This document shows positions 51,625 to 61,667 of a stretch of 64,000 nt of DNA, piece by piece. Source of the stretch: Squalus acanthias (Eukaryota); NCBI GenBank assembly GCA_030390025.1, contig JASTWF010000342.1:186001-250000 (forward strand). The letters are read 5' to 3'. The notes below the pieces were generated by a model. The model was given only the letters and a program-made list of their open reading frames with translations, had not been told where the DNA came from and did no database searches. Within the stretch, counting starts at the first letter, position 1, and each line of letters opens with the position of its first letter. The position numbers and the translations under genes were made by a program.

Positions 51625-54171
51625 GGGCTCGATTTTAATTCCCGAGGCGGTTTGGAGTCGGGTTGCGTGGTGGGTGGGTTCCGGAGCCACTTCCGGCGGG
51701 ATCAGCTGCTGATGTCCGATTTTAACTCAATGAGCTTATTGATTTCAAGGAGGCGCGCTGGCCGGTCCAATGAGTGGGATCGGGTCGGCTAGCCGCCTCT
51801 GATGATATCATCGTAGCTGCTGCTTGTAAAGCTGCCATTCAGCCTAAGCCTTTCTCTTGTGGATTCCTGGACTTGATTTATATGCAATGACTTCTTCCAG
51901 AGGCAAGGCAGCTCCTCATTTTAATGATGAGTCCCTCCAAGTTCTTGTGGATGCTATCAGAGGGCACAGGGAGATTCTCTTCCCTCCTGATGGCCGGAGG
52001 AAGCCTCCTCAGCAGACCAAGGCAGCCTGGCTGCGCATTGCTCAGGAGGTGAGCGCAAGGTCCATTTATGCATGATCATGGATCCAGTGCCGAAAAAGGT
52101 TTAATGATCTTGTGCGAACATCAAAAGTGAGTATCCCATCACACTTGCCTTCACCCTGCTTCCCTTCTCTTCTCATCACCAGCACTCTGTGTTGTAAGCC
52201 TCCTCCTTCACATCCCACCTTACCCTTACCTATCCATCTCTGTCTCTGCACTGAATCACTTCAGCATCCTGCCTATGCACTCCTGAGACTCACTCTCACT
52301 GTTATGCAGTGACAACAACTAACAACGCACAGGGAGCTACCTTCCTCTTGCTACCTTACCCCATCTTTGTCTCCCTCAAAGCTTCTATGGTAGGGATTAT
52401 TCACACTCACTCCATCACTGTGGCTGAAACACCGCTTGTGTCCCTCCTTGCAGGAAAAGATAGCCCACAATAAGAGGGAGAGAGAGCAATGACTGGAGGA
52501 GGAACACCTACCCTAGCCACATGGACCAGTGCTGAGGAGGCTGCAAACAAGATTGTTGGAGGTGGCGAGGACCTGGAAGTGGGAGATGGAGAGATGGGCA
52601 CACGAGAGGAAGCTGGTGACATAATAGAGTTACATCCCTCTCAGGAAGCAATGGAATATGATATTCATCGAGAATCGCATTGTATCATCTGCTCAAAAGG
52701 ATGTGTCTGCTACATCAATATCAGATGTCTAAATCATGCCTTTACTCTCCCACAGGACCATCGAGCGCCCCCCTCCCCACCATCCAGGATGAAGACCCAG
52801 ACAAATCCTCAGAGGATATCAGACTCGCTTTAATTGGGCAAAGCGATTCTCGGCTTCAGAGGCGGCTCTGTAATCTCCAACTCTTTGTACCTCGGGGATC
52901 AAAGGTATTTGATATTGATGGATATCCTGTATAGAAAACTAAGAACTGTAAGACTATAGTGAAGTTAAGATTTAAAAGTAAGATTCTCTGTTAAAAAGAT
53001 AGTATTTTTTCTCTTTTTAGAACTGTTAATGTTGCGATTGACTGATTCACCAACTGTAAATTGCCTGTCGGTTCTTTTAATAAATCTCTATATATTTTTA
53101 GAATTATCTCACATAAGTCTTCTGTATCAAAAACTTGCGAACTCAATTTCTGTGCACTCTTTGGTGAATAGTTGCAGAATTCTGAGGGAGTTTTCCGGAC
53201 CCTCATAATATCCGGGACGTTACAGTCTAGCTAAACTTATTAAAAGTGCTATCTGGAGGATGGTAACATTCTCGGGTTGTTCCTTTCCTTTAGGGAGAGA
53301 TAGCCCGGACCTTTAGACCCAATTATGCGCCTTTAGGATTCGGCTACCTCAAACTTTAGTTGAAAGTGAACGTCTGAGAAATACGCCTGATCCGGGGTAG
53401 CCCTAAAGGGGCTCAGACTAGTAAATACCCCTTCATAGTGACCACCTCTGGTTGAAGAGTAAGCTTATGCTAATGTGGCATGGCATTGTGCATAGCCTGC
53501 TTGATGGGCAGCAGTGAACTGGAGGAATGCTGCATTGGTCACAACAGGGCGTGCAAGGTGCACCTCGTCCTCCTCCTCTTCCCATGCGGCTGCTACTCCT
53601 CTGATTAGGAGGACCAGGATGAGAAGGCATAAATGTTTCCCATCCCCTTGCTATAGATTTCATTTGAGGCAACAATCTTGCAAGCGCACATTCAAAGTGG
53701 CCTGAAATTATTCCATTCATGTCACACTGCAGATGGGTGTCAGCTTGAACAGTCACAAGGTCAGTAGATTTGCAAAATCTTATCCCATTCCTCTAACAGC
53801 AAAGTTGTTGCATTTGAATGTCAGCCATGTTTCAGGGGCGCTTTTAAAGTGCTCCACCAATGAATACAAATCATGTCCTCCAACAACTCGTCTCCTTGAA
53901 TCTGGCCTGTTTCTGACAAGTTGGGAAACAGGAGCTAGAAGCACAAAAATGGGAAACCACTATAAAAATAGGATTAGCAAGGCAGTTAACAGGCTCTTAA
54001 CTGCCTTAACTACCTGTCCCACCAGTTCCAGAAGGGTCCGTTTGGGAACGGCTGAACAGACACTCACGAAAATCGGGTGGGGGCGGGTTGGGTGTCTGAA
54101 ACCATTTTTTCCAATTTTCGCAACAGACCCACCTCCAAACCCACCTCCTCAGGGCTATTAAAATCGAGCCC
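51625..54171 (+). mobile_element. Harbinger element with perfect 15-bp TIRs and CAT TSD
   Basis: GGGCTCGATTTTAAT at 51625-39 and ATTAAAATCGAGCCC at 54157-71. CAT at 51622-24 and 54172-74. Confidence 0.88.
51887..52820 (+). pseudogene. Harbinger Myb/SANT-like gene, spliced, truncated
   Basis: MTSSRGKAAPHFNDESLQVLV..WLRIAQEVS..*SWIQCRKRFNDL then GTGAGT. Acceptors CTTGCAG (about 52453) and CCCACAG (about 52755). Confidence 0.8.
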
Positions 54172-54419
54172 CATGTCTCTATGGAAATTTACTGTTATCT
54201 TTTCTGAAATATTTTATAAAAGAACTACAGGTACTATTTTTTAAAATGATGTACAGCTATATATCTATATATATGTATTAAAATCTTGTTTGCTCCTCCC
54301 AAAATGTTTCTATTTTGTTTCCTTCTCCCTCTTTATGCCTTTCTGGGCTACACAGTTTTTCCTATCTGCAACTGCAGTGTCCCTACCATTATCCCCATTG
54401 AGATTACTAACTTAGGATA

Positions 54420-54504
54420 TGGACTGGGGTGGACAAAAATGAGAAGTCGCACAACACCAGGTTATAGTCCAACAGCTTTATTTGAAATCACAAGCTTTCG
54501 GAGC
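54420..54504 (-). mobile_element. 3' end of a PLE pseudo-LTR (Tx1 target), broken within the hammerhead
   Basis: Aligns to 45178-45262 (TGGACTGGGGTGGACAA..CAACACCAGGTTATAGTCCAACAG..CAAGCTTTCGGAGC). Confidence 0.9.
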
Positions 54505-55479
54505 TGCTGACGAAGGAGCAGCAGCAGCAGCAGAGTGGTGGTCTCTGTGAGCAGGAAGAGGAGAAGGAGACCAGACAGCAGACCACCACCAACAACCAAC
54601 AACCACTACAGCTGAGGTGCCTGGAGAGAGAGGACAGGAGAGGAGAAAGAAAAGAAAGGAAGGCCAAGGCCATCAACACCAGAGGAGAGGCCTTTCCAAC
54701 ACTGCCTCCTCAATTGGCCTCCATTTTAGGAGAGGGAGAGAGGGGAGAAAACATCACCAACAAACATCAACTGTTTGGAAGGAGGGAGGAAGGAAAGAAT
54801 ATCAGCTACAGGTGGGTGTAATTCTGGTGCACTCTCCCAGAGACTTTGTTTTGTAGGTGGGGGGAGGAAAGAAGAAAAGAAGAGGGCCGGAACATCCAAG
54901 GGGTGTGTGTGTGGCTTCTGTAAAAACTAGGCCGCACACACCACTAATAAACACCCCTTCCCATTGCCTGACCTGGGACAGCTGGAGCTGCCTAGGTGAA
55001 GTCCCCAATTCAACAAACATCTAATTGGGCATCGTTAAGACCTGGTGCAGGACTGAGCCTGGGCATCTCCAGCTTTCCCAGGTGAAGACATCTTCTCCCC
55101 CCACCAGAAGACCACCACCAAAGACTTTTATTTACATCGGAGAGTGCACCCCCTGCCAACACCCACCCACCCACCCACCATCCTGAGTGGCGACCCTGCC
55201 CTTGCGGCTTCCCTCCTTCCCACCCCCCCCTCTCTCTCTCTTTGTCTCTTGTCTCTCTCTGCCTCTCTCTCTAAGAGGCACCTCAATCTATTTTTAAGTA
55301 CCTATTGAGCAGAGGGGAGAAGGCCCCTCTCCTAATTCAATCAACTAAAGGGAGAGGTGTGCCTTCAATTTAAGAGCTCCCTCTGCTCAGGGGAAAACAA
55401 GAACAAAAAAAAACCGAGGCCATTAACACCTTCAGGCCTGTGACTTGGGGTGAGTGTAGCCCTTAAAGAACCCTCCATT

Positions 55480-57637
55480 ATGGCGACCACATCTTCGCCG
55501 GTGGCGGGGGCAGCGAGGACATACGCGAGCGTGGCAGCCGCGGCCACGGCCGCAGCCACGAGTCCTCCTGTTACCCCGTCACCTTTTACCCTCCTTACGA
55601 GGAAGAATGGGGTCAAGAGCTACACTCACCCCAACATGACTATAGAGGCGTGTGTAAAAGCCATGGCTGGGGTTGTCGGCCCTTCAGCCATCGTCGCCGC
55701 CTCTAAAATGTACGGCAAGGCTGTGTTCTTCCTGGGGTCGGAGCGGGCGGTGTCCCTGGCCATCGAGAAGGGGCTCACCGTGGGCGGGACCTTCCTGCCG
55801 GTGGACCCCCTTGAGGCCACCGCGCAAAGGATTGTGGTTTCCAACGTCCCGCCCTTTGTTCCGGGTGAGCTCCTCCTCCCCCACCTACGTCAACTGGGGG
55901 AGGTGAGGTCGGGGATCACACCCATCCCGCTCGGCTTCCGGGAAGCCAGCCTTCGGCACGTCTTCTCCTTCCGGCGCCAGCTTTTCGTCCGGCTGGCGCG
56001 GGAGGAGGACGCGGATGGCGCGTTCACGGTGCTCCACGGGGGGACCGCCCACCGCGTCTTCTGGACCTCGGACGGCGCGCGGTGCTACGCCTGTAAGGAG
56101 GTGGGGCACGTCCGCAAAAACTGCCCCGCCTCCAAGGCCGCCACGACACCTGGCGCGGCCAGGGGTGGCGCCGCCGCCCCCCCTCCCCCTGATACTGTCC
56201 GCGCGTCGACGGCGACGGATGCGCGGTCGAAATCGGAGGCCAACTCCACCACGGCCTCCGGCGGGGAGGAGGGAGAGCGTCCGGGGGGAAGGAAGGCGCG
56301 TAGGAAAAATAAACACATAAGGGCGGATCCCCTCGCGGAGGAAACATCTGAATTGGCCGAACTCACGCCCGAGTATATCGCGGAGTTGGTCGGGACGCAT
56401 GAGACTGGGGGGGTCCTCGTGCCCGGGCCCGTGACCGTGACCGCAACTGCTGAGGCAGCTGAATCAAGACCTGCGGCCGGGCTCGGGCCCGAGGGGCCCA
56501 AGAAACCCAGTCGTCGGAAAGGGGCAGAGAGGGAGGCCCCAGCAGACATGGAGGCCTCCCCCTCTCCGGGCCCCAATACGTTAAAAAGAAAGCTCCGCCC
56601 CCAGCAGGAGGACTGCGAGGAGGAAGGTCCCTCCGCAAAAGGGGGGCAGTCGCCCGCCGCGGGTGCTGCGCCCCACCCCACCACCGTCATCGTCGCGCGC
56701 GATCGGCAGGGGTCGTCTGTCCCTCGGGAGGGTGAGACAGCGGAGTCTGTCCGACCTGTGCCTCCCGGGGATGGGGAAGAGACCCTGCCCGTGGGGGGGG
56801 GCGCGGAACAACCCGCGGAGGGAAATGTAGTTACGGAACCGTTGCTCCTCGCCGGGTCGGGCGTCCTGGGGACTGGGGCGGGCGAGGCCAAAGAGGCTGA
56901 AGCCGAGCCCGCCTTTTATAACCCAGATATCTCCCAGGGACTGCTCGACCTGGTGGAGGAGTGTAGCAATCCCCAGCCCGCTGGGTCGGAGGTTGGTGGC
57001 GGGGAGACGGAAAGCCCCCTGACTCCGTCTCTGTTGTTGGCGCCGGACGTGCTGGAGGAATTTGGGATTATTTTCTCCCCGGTTTCTCCGGTCGCCCCGG
57101 CGCCTGAGGCGGGGGGGGGGCCCCGAACCGCCGCCGCCGCCTCCCGGCCCGGCGCCCCTGAAGGAGCCCAGGGTGGACTCCTCTGCCACCGATCCTGGGG
57201 GTGGGATCGTGACGGAGGCGGGGCCGGCCGGTGCGGCCGAGCCGTTCGCTGCACCCTGTGTGACGGACGGGTTGGCCGCCGGTGACGACCTCCCGGAGGA
57301 GGACGGGGACTCGGTGGGGGGCATCGAGGACGATTTGGAGTCCATCGGCAGCGAGGTGATGGACGCCCTCGTGCCCTTCACTGACTCTCCCCTCATCCCC
57401 GTAGGGGAACTCCGGGATTTTATGGCCGTGAGCCAGGGTCGTCACAAGAAGATCCGGCTGGCCCTCGACAAGTGGTCGGAGCTGACGCTGCTCGTCGTGT
57501 CCGTCCGCGCCGCCGTTAAAATCATGGGCGCGGACAAGGACGTTGACCGGCTCGAGCTGCGTCGGCTCAAGACGTTCCACACTGGGCTGCTGAGGGAGTG
57601 GCGGTCGTCAGTGACCGCCCTCCCTCCCCTCCGTTAG
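55480..57637 (+). CDS. Tx1 ORF1 gag-like nucleic-acid-binding protein (CCHC knuckle); one frameshift at G10 run 57111-57120
   Basis: RTYASVAA, ASKMYGKAVFFL, VVSNVPPFVP, HVFSFRRQ and CYACKEVGHVRKNC. The C-terminus continues in the +1 frame to the stop at 57637. Confidence 0.85.
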
Positions 57638-57662
57638 GTAGAGGTTGCACTATGCTTCTGAG

Positions 57663-60600
57663 ATGAAGATAACCATAGCCAGCCTCAACATCAACGGCAG
57701 CAGGGAGGCGCGCCGTAGATTCAATAACTTCTCGGTCCTTCGGGACGGGAAATATGCGGTGTGCTTCCTGCAAGAAACCCACACCGTTCCGGGAGACGAG
57801 GCCACGTGGCTCCTGGAGTGGCAAGGAGGGGTCAGCATGAGTCACCTCTCCAACAATTCCTGCGGGGTGGCTGTCTTGCTGGCCCCGCATTTTCAGCCGG
57901 AGATCTTGAGGGTCAAGGAGCACGTGCCGGGCCGCTTGCTCCAGGTCACTGTTCGCCTGGGAGGCGTGCCGCTCCATTTAGTGAACGTGTACGCCCCCCG
58001 GACCGGTGCGCAGCAAGTGCGCTTCTTCGGAGAAGTGTCCGCTCTTCTGGGCTCCATCGACGTGGGCGAGTGCGTCATCCTCGGGGGGGATTTCAATTGT
58101 ACCCTCGAGGCGCGGGACCGGTCGGGTCCCCCGCGAAGCCCGGCGGCGATGGAGAAGTTGCGGGACCTGGTCGGGTCCTTCGACTTGGTGGACGTCTGGC
58201 GAAATCTCCATCCCGACTCCAGCGCCTTCACGAGCGTGAGGTCTGGAGGAGGAAGGTCCAGAATCGACCGCCTTTACATTTCCCGGGCGTACGTCTCCTG
58301 CGTTCCGGCGGCTTCCATGCGGCCGGTGCCGTGCACGGACCACCACCTGGTGTGGGCGGAGCTCGCTCCGCTGCGCGCGCGGGGGGGGTCCGCGTACTGG
58401 CATTTTAACAACCTGCTGCTGGAGGACGCGCGGTTCCGGGATTCGTTTCGCCGGTTCTGGGCCGACTGGAGAAGGAAGCGGGGAGGCTTCCCCTCCTTGA
58501 GGCTATGGTGGGACGTGGGCAAGGCTCACGTCCGCGTCTTCTGTCAGGAGTACGCGAAGGGGTCGACCAAGAGGCGGGAGGCCCGGGTCGGGCGATTGGA
58601 GAAAGAAGTGCTCGACCTGGAGTCCCGTCTCGGTCAAGTCGTCGAGGACCCGGCCCTGCGGAAGGTGTACGAAGAGAAGAAGGGCGCGCTGAAGGACCTG
58701 CAGCTGGTCGGGTCCCGAGGCGCGTACGTGAGGTCGCGGATCCAGTTCCTGCGGGACCTGGACCGCGGCTCCCCCTTCTTCTACTCGCTGGAAAAAAGAC
58801 GGGGGGTCCGTAAGCAGCTCTTGGGGCTGCTGGCCGACGACGGATCTCTGGTCTCGGATCCAGAGGGCATCAGCGCGGAGGCCCGGGCCTATTACGGGGC
58901 TCTGTTCTCTTCGGATCCGTCCAGCGAGGATGCGCGCAGAGTTTTGTGGGAGGACCTGCCGAAGGTCGGCCCGGAGGGCGCCGAGAATTTAGAAGCTCCG
59001 CTAAGCCTGGCGGAGCTGACCGGCGCCCTGCGCCAGCTCTCGAGGGGCAAGTCCCCGGGGCTGGACGGGCTGACCGTGGAGTTCCACAGGGCGTTCTGGG
59101 ACGTCTTGGGGGACGACTACGCGCGGGTCCTGGGGGAAAGTCTGGCGACCGGGGAGATGCCCCTCTCTTGGCGCAGGGCGGTCATCGTCCTGCTGCCCAA
59201 GAAGGGCGATCTCCGCCTACTTAAGAACTGGCGCCCGGTCTCCCTCCTCAGCACGGACTACAAAATTTTCGCCAGGGCTATGTCTGCTCGCCTTGGCACC
59301 GTGCTGGCCCGCATGATCCACCCCGACCAGTCCTACACGGTCCCGGGCCGGAGTATCCACGATAACATCCATCTGGTCCGGGACCTGGTCCACCATTCCC
59401 AGAGGGCTGGTCTGTCGGTCGCCTTCCTTTCCCTGGATCAGGAGAAGGCGTTCGACAGGGTGGATCACGAGTATCTTTTCGGGACTCTGCGCGCATTCGG
59501 GTTCGGGACGCATTTCGTCGCCCGGATCCGACTTCTGTACGCCGCCGCGGAGTGTCTGATTAAAGTTAACGGGTCTTTGACGGCGCCCCTTCGCTTCGGG
59601 AGGGGGGTGCGTCAGGGATGCCCCATGTCCGGTCAGTTATACGCCGTTTGCGTGGAGCCTTTCCTGCGCCTCTTGCGGAAGAGGTTGACGGGACTGGCTC
59701 TGCAAGGGCCGGGCGTGGAGGTGGTCCTCTCGGCTTACGCCGATGACGTGCTCCTCGCGGTCACGGATCCCGTCGACTTGCGGAGGATGCGAGAATGCCA
59801 GCAGATTTACTCGGACGCATCCTCCGCCAAGATCAACTGGGAGAAATGTTCTGGACTCCTGGTGGGCCCATGGCAGGTGGACTCCCTGCCGGAGGAGTTC
59901 GGGCCTTTCGCCTGGAGCACCACGCACCTCCTCTACCTGGGAGTCTACCTCAGCCCGGCCGAGGACGCCTGGCCGGCGAACTGGCAAGAGCTGGAGGCCA
60001 AAGTCACCGCTCGCCTAGGACGCTGGACAGGACTGCTCCGAGTGTTGTCCTACAGGGGTCGAGCGCTGGTCATAAACCAGCTGGTGGCCGCCATGTTGTG
60101 GTACCGGTTGGTCACTTTGATCCCTCCCCCTGCGTTTGTCGCCAAGATGCAGAAGAAGCTCGTCGACTTCTTCTGGGACAAAAGGAAGCACTGGGTCTCT
60201 GCCGCGGTTTTGAGTCTCCCGCTTAGGGAGGGCGGTCAGGCGCTGGTGTGCCTTCGCACCCAGGCGGCGACTTTCCGTCTTCAGACGCTGCAGAGATACC
60301 TGTACGTGGAGAATCCTCCTAGGTGGCGTGCGCTGGCGACGTATTTCTTCCGCCAGCTGCACGGCCTCAATTACGACACGCAGCTCCTGTTTGTGAGAGT
60401 GGGTGGCACGCGTGCCAGCCTGCGGGAGCTGCCTGTCTTCTACCAGGAACTGCTATGGGTTTGGAACAGCGTCGCCTCCGAGCGCAGTTCTCCCCCGTCA
60501 GGAGCGGCGGCCGTCCTTCGGGAGCCGCTGTTCAGGAATCCGCACCTCCACGACCGCGGGTTCGGCTGGCTGGCGGAGGGCAGGGCTGTGCCCGGTAAGG

Positions 60601-61541
60601 TGACCAGAGTCGGGGACCTGCTCGATGGCGGAGGAGCGGGCTGGATGGCGCCGGAGGAGTTGGCGAGGCGCATGTCTTGGGTCAACGTCCGGCTCGCGGT
60701 CAAAGCCATCGAGTCGCTAAAAGTGGCACTGGGCCCCGTCTCCACTAGGTGTGTCGAGGAGGCTCAAGCACGTGGGGCGATCCCGTCCGAACTGACCCCC
60801 GTTCGGACGGAATTCCTTATCGGCGCCCGGCCCCGAATCCTCCCTCGGGAGCCGCCGCCTCACCACTTGAGCCTTCTCGGAGAAATGCCCTCCGTGCCCT
60901 TTCAATCCGCACGGAGGCGTTTCCTGTACGGGCTGCTCCTGCACACTCTCCACTTTGCCATCTTCGTCTGCCGTCCGGACACGCCTTGGCGTACCATCCT
61001 GCCGTCCGGCGGAGGCGAAGGTCCCCATTGGAAGGCTCTCTACGCGGGAGTCTTCCCTTGTTCTATTGGGGACTTGGCCTGGAGGGTGTTGCACGGAGCA
61101 GTCCCGTGCAATAGGATTTTAAGTAGGTTTACGGACTCCCAGGCTGCTTGTCATTTTTGCGGCCTGGAGGAGTCCGTTTATCACATTTATGTTGAATGTG
61201 AGAGGTTGCAGCCCCTCTTTCATTATTTAAAGGGGCTGCTCCTCAATTTCTGGTTGCACTTCAGCCCCACGCTCCTGATCTACGGTCACCCGGTGCGGAG
61301 GGGACAGGGTAGGTCGGAGGACCTCCTCGTAGGACTGCTCCTGGGCCTGGCCAAGAAAGCCATTAATTGGTCCAGGCAGCGGGCGGTCGAGGGGGTCGTT
61401 CGGCCCGATTGCCTGCCTCTCTTCCGCGGCCATGTTCGCGCCCGGGTGGCCCTGGAGATGGAGCACGCGGTGTCCGCCGGCACGCTTGAGTTTTGCCGCG
61501 GGGACTGGAGTGCATCGTCACCCCGGACTTTCAAATTTTAA
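57663..61541 (+). CDS. Tx1 ORF2 polyprotein: APE endonuclease, reverse transcriptase, C-terminal zinc finger
   Basis: Open 1292 codons from ATG 57663. SLNING, LQETH, GGDFN, SRIDR, TDH; KSPGLDG, NWRPVSLL, LDQEKAFDRV, GVRQGCP, YADD; CHFCGLEESVYHIYVEC. Confidence 0.95.
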   Translation: MKITIASLNINGSREARRRFNNFSVLRDGKYAVCFLQETHTVPGDEATWLLEWQGGVSMSHLSNNSCGVAVLLAPHFQPEILRVKEHVPGRLLQVTVRLGGVPLHLVNVYAPRTGAQQVRFFGEVSALLGSIDVGECVILGGDFNCTLEARDRSGPPRSPAAMEKLRDLVGSFDLVDVWRNLHPDSSAFTSVRSGGGRSRIDRLYISRAYVSCVPAASMRPVPCTDHHLVWAELAPLRARGGSAYWHFNNLLLEDARFRDSFRRFWADWRRKRGGFPSLRLWWDVGKAHVRVFCQEYAKGSTKRREARVGRLEKEVLDLESRLGQVVEDPALRKVYEEKKGALKDLQLVGSRGAYVRSRIQFLRDLDRGSPFFYSLEKRRGVRKQLLGLLADDGSLVSDPEGISAEARAYYGALFSSDPSSEDARRVLWEDLPKVGPEGAENLEAPLSLAELTGALRQLSRGKSPGLDGLTVEFHRAFWDVLGDDYARVLGESLATGEMPLSWRRAVIVLLPKKGDLRLLKNWRPVSLLSTDYKIFARAMSARLGTVLARMIHPDQSYTVPGRSIHDNIHLVRDLVHHSQRAGLSVAFLSLDQEKAFDRVDHEYLFGTLRAFGFGTHFVARIRLLYAAAECLIKVNGSLTAPLRFGRGVRQGCPMSGQLYAVCVEPFLRLLRKRLTGLALQGPGVEVVLSAYADDVLLAVTDPVDLRRMRECQQIYSDASSAKINWEKCSGLLVGPWQVDSLPEEFGPFAWSTTHLLYLGVYLSPAEDAWPANWQELEAKVTARLGRWTGLLRVLSYRGRALVINQLVAAMLWYRLVTLIPPPAFVAKMQKKLVDFFWDKRKHWVSAAVLSLPLREGGQALVCLRTQAATFRLQTLQRYLYVENPPRWRALATYFFRQLHGLNYDTQLLFVRVGGTRASLRELPVFYQELLWVWNSVASERSSPPSGAAAVLREPLFRNPHLHDRGFGWLAEGRAVPGKVTRVGDLLDGGGAGWMAPEELARRMSWVNVRLAVKAIESLKVALGPVSTRCVEEAQARGAIPSELTPVRTEFLIGARPRILPREPPPHHLSLLGEMPSVPFQSARRRFLYGLLLHTLHFAIFVCRPDTPWRTILPSGGGEGPHWKALYAGVFPCSIGDLAWRVLHGAVPCNRILSRFTDSQAACHFCGLEESVYHIYVECERLQPLFHYLKGLLLNFWLHFSPTLLIYGHPVRRGQGRSEDLLVGLLLGLAKKAINWSRQRAVEGVVRPDCLPLFRGHVRARVALEMEHAVSAGTLEFCRGDWSASSPRTFKF

Positions 61542-61614
61542 TTTGATTTATTAAGTTTCATTTCAAGTTTTAATTGATTTACAGTAAATTTGCGTTCTGT
61601 CAAACCAAAAAGAT

Positions 61615-61667
61615 CAACACCAGGTTATAGTCCAACAGCTTTATTTGAAATCACAAGCTTTCGGAGC
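61615..61667 (-). repeat. Duplicated PLE target segment between tandem Tx1 copies
   Basis: Identical to 54452-54504. Confidence 0.95.

Larger units (their letters stand above)
54505..61614 (+). mobile_element. Full-length Tx1-clade non-LTR retrotransposon, copy 1
   Basis: About 975-nt 5' UTR, gag-like ORF1, APE-RT-zinc finger ORF2 and a short AT-rich 3' UTR ending CCAAAAAGAT. It is CpG-rich, consistent with a young insertion. Confidence 0.93.

Noticed and set aside
54474..54522. Circularly permuted hammerhead on + at the Tx1 junction (GAAA..TTTC..CTGACGA)
   Set aside because: Stems I, II and III cannot be formed convincingly, so only a half core is present.
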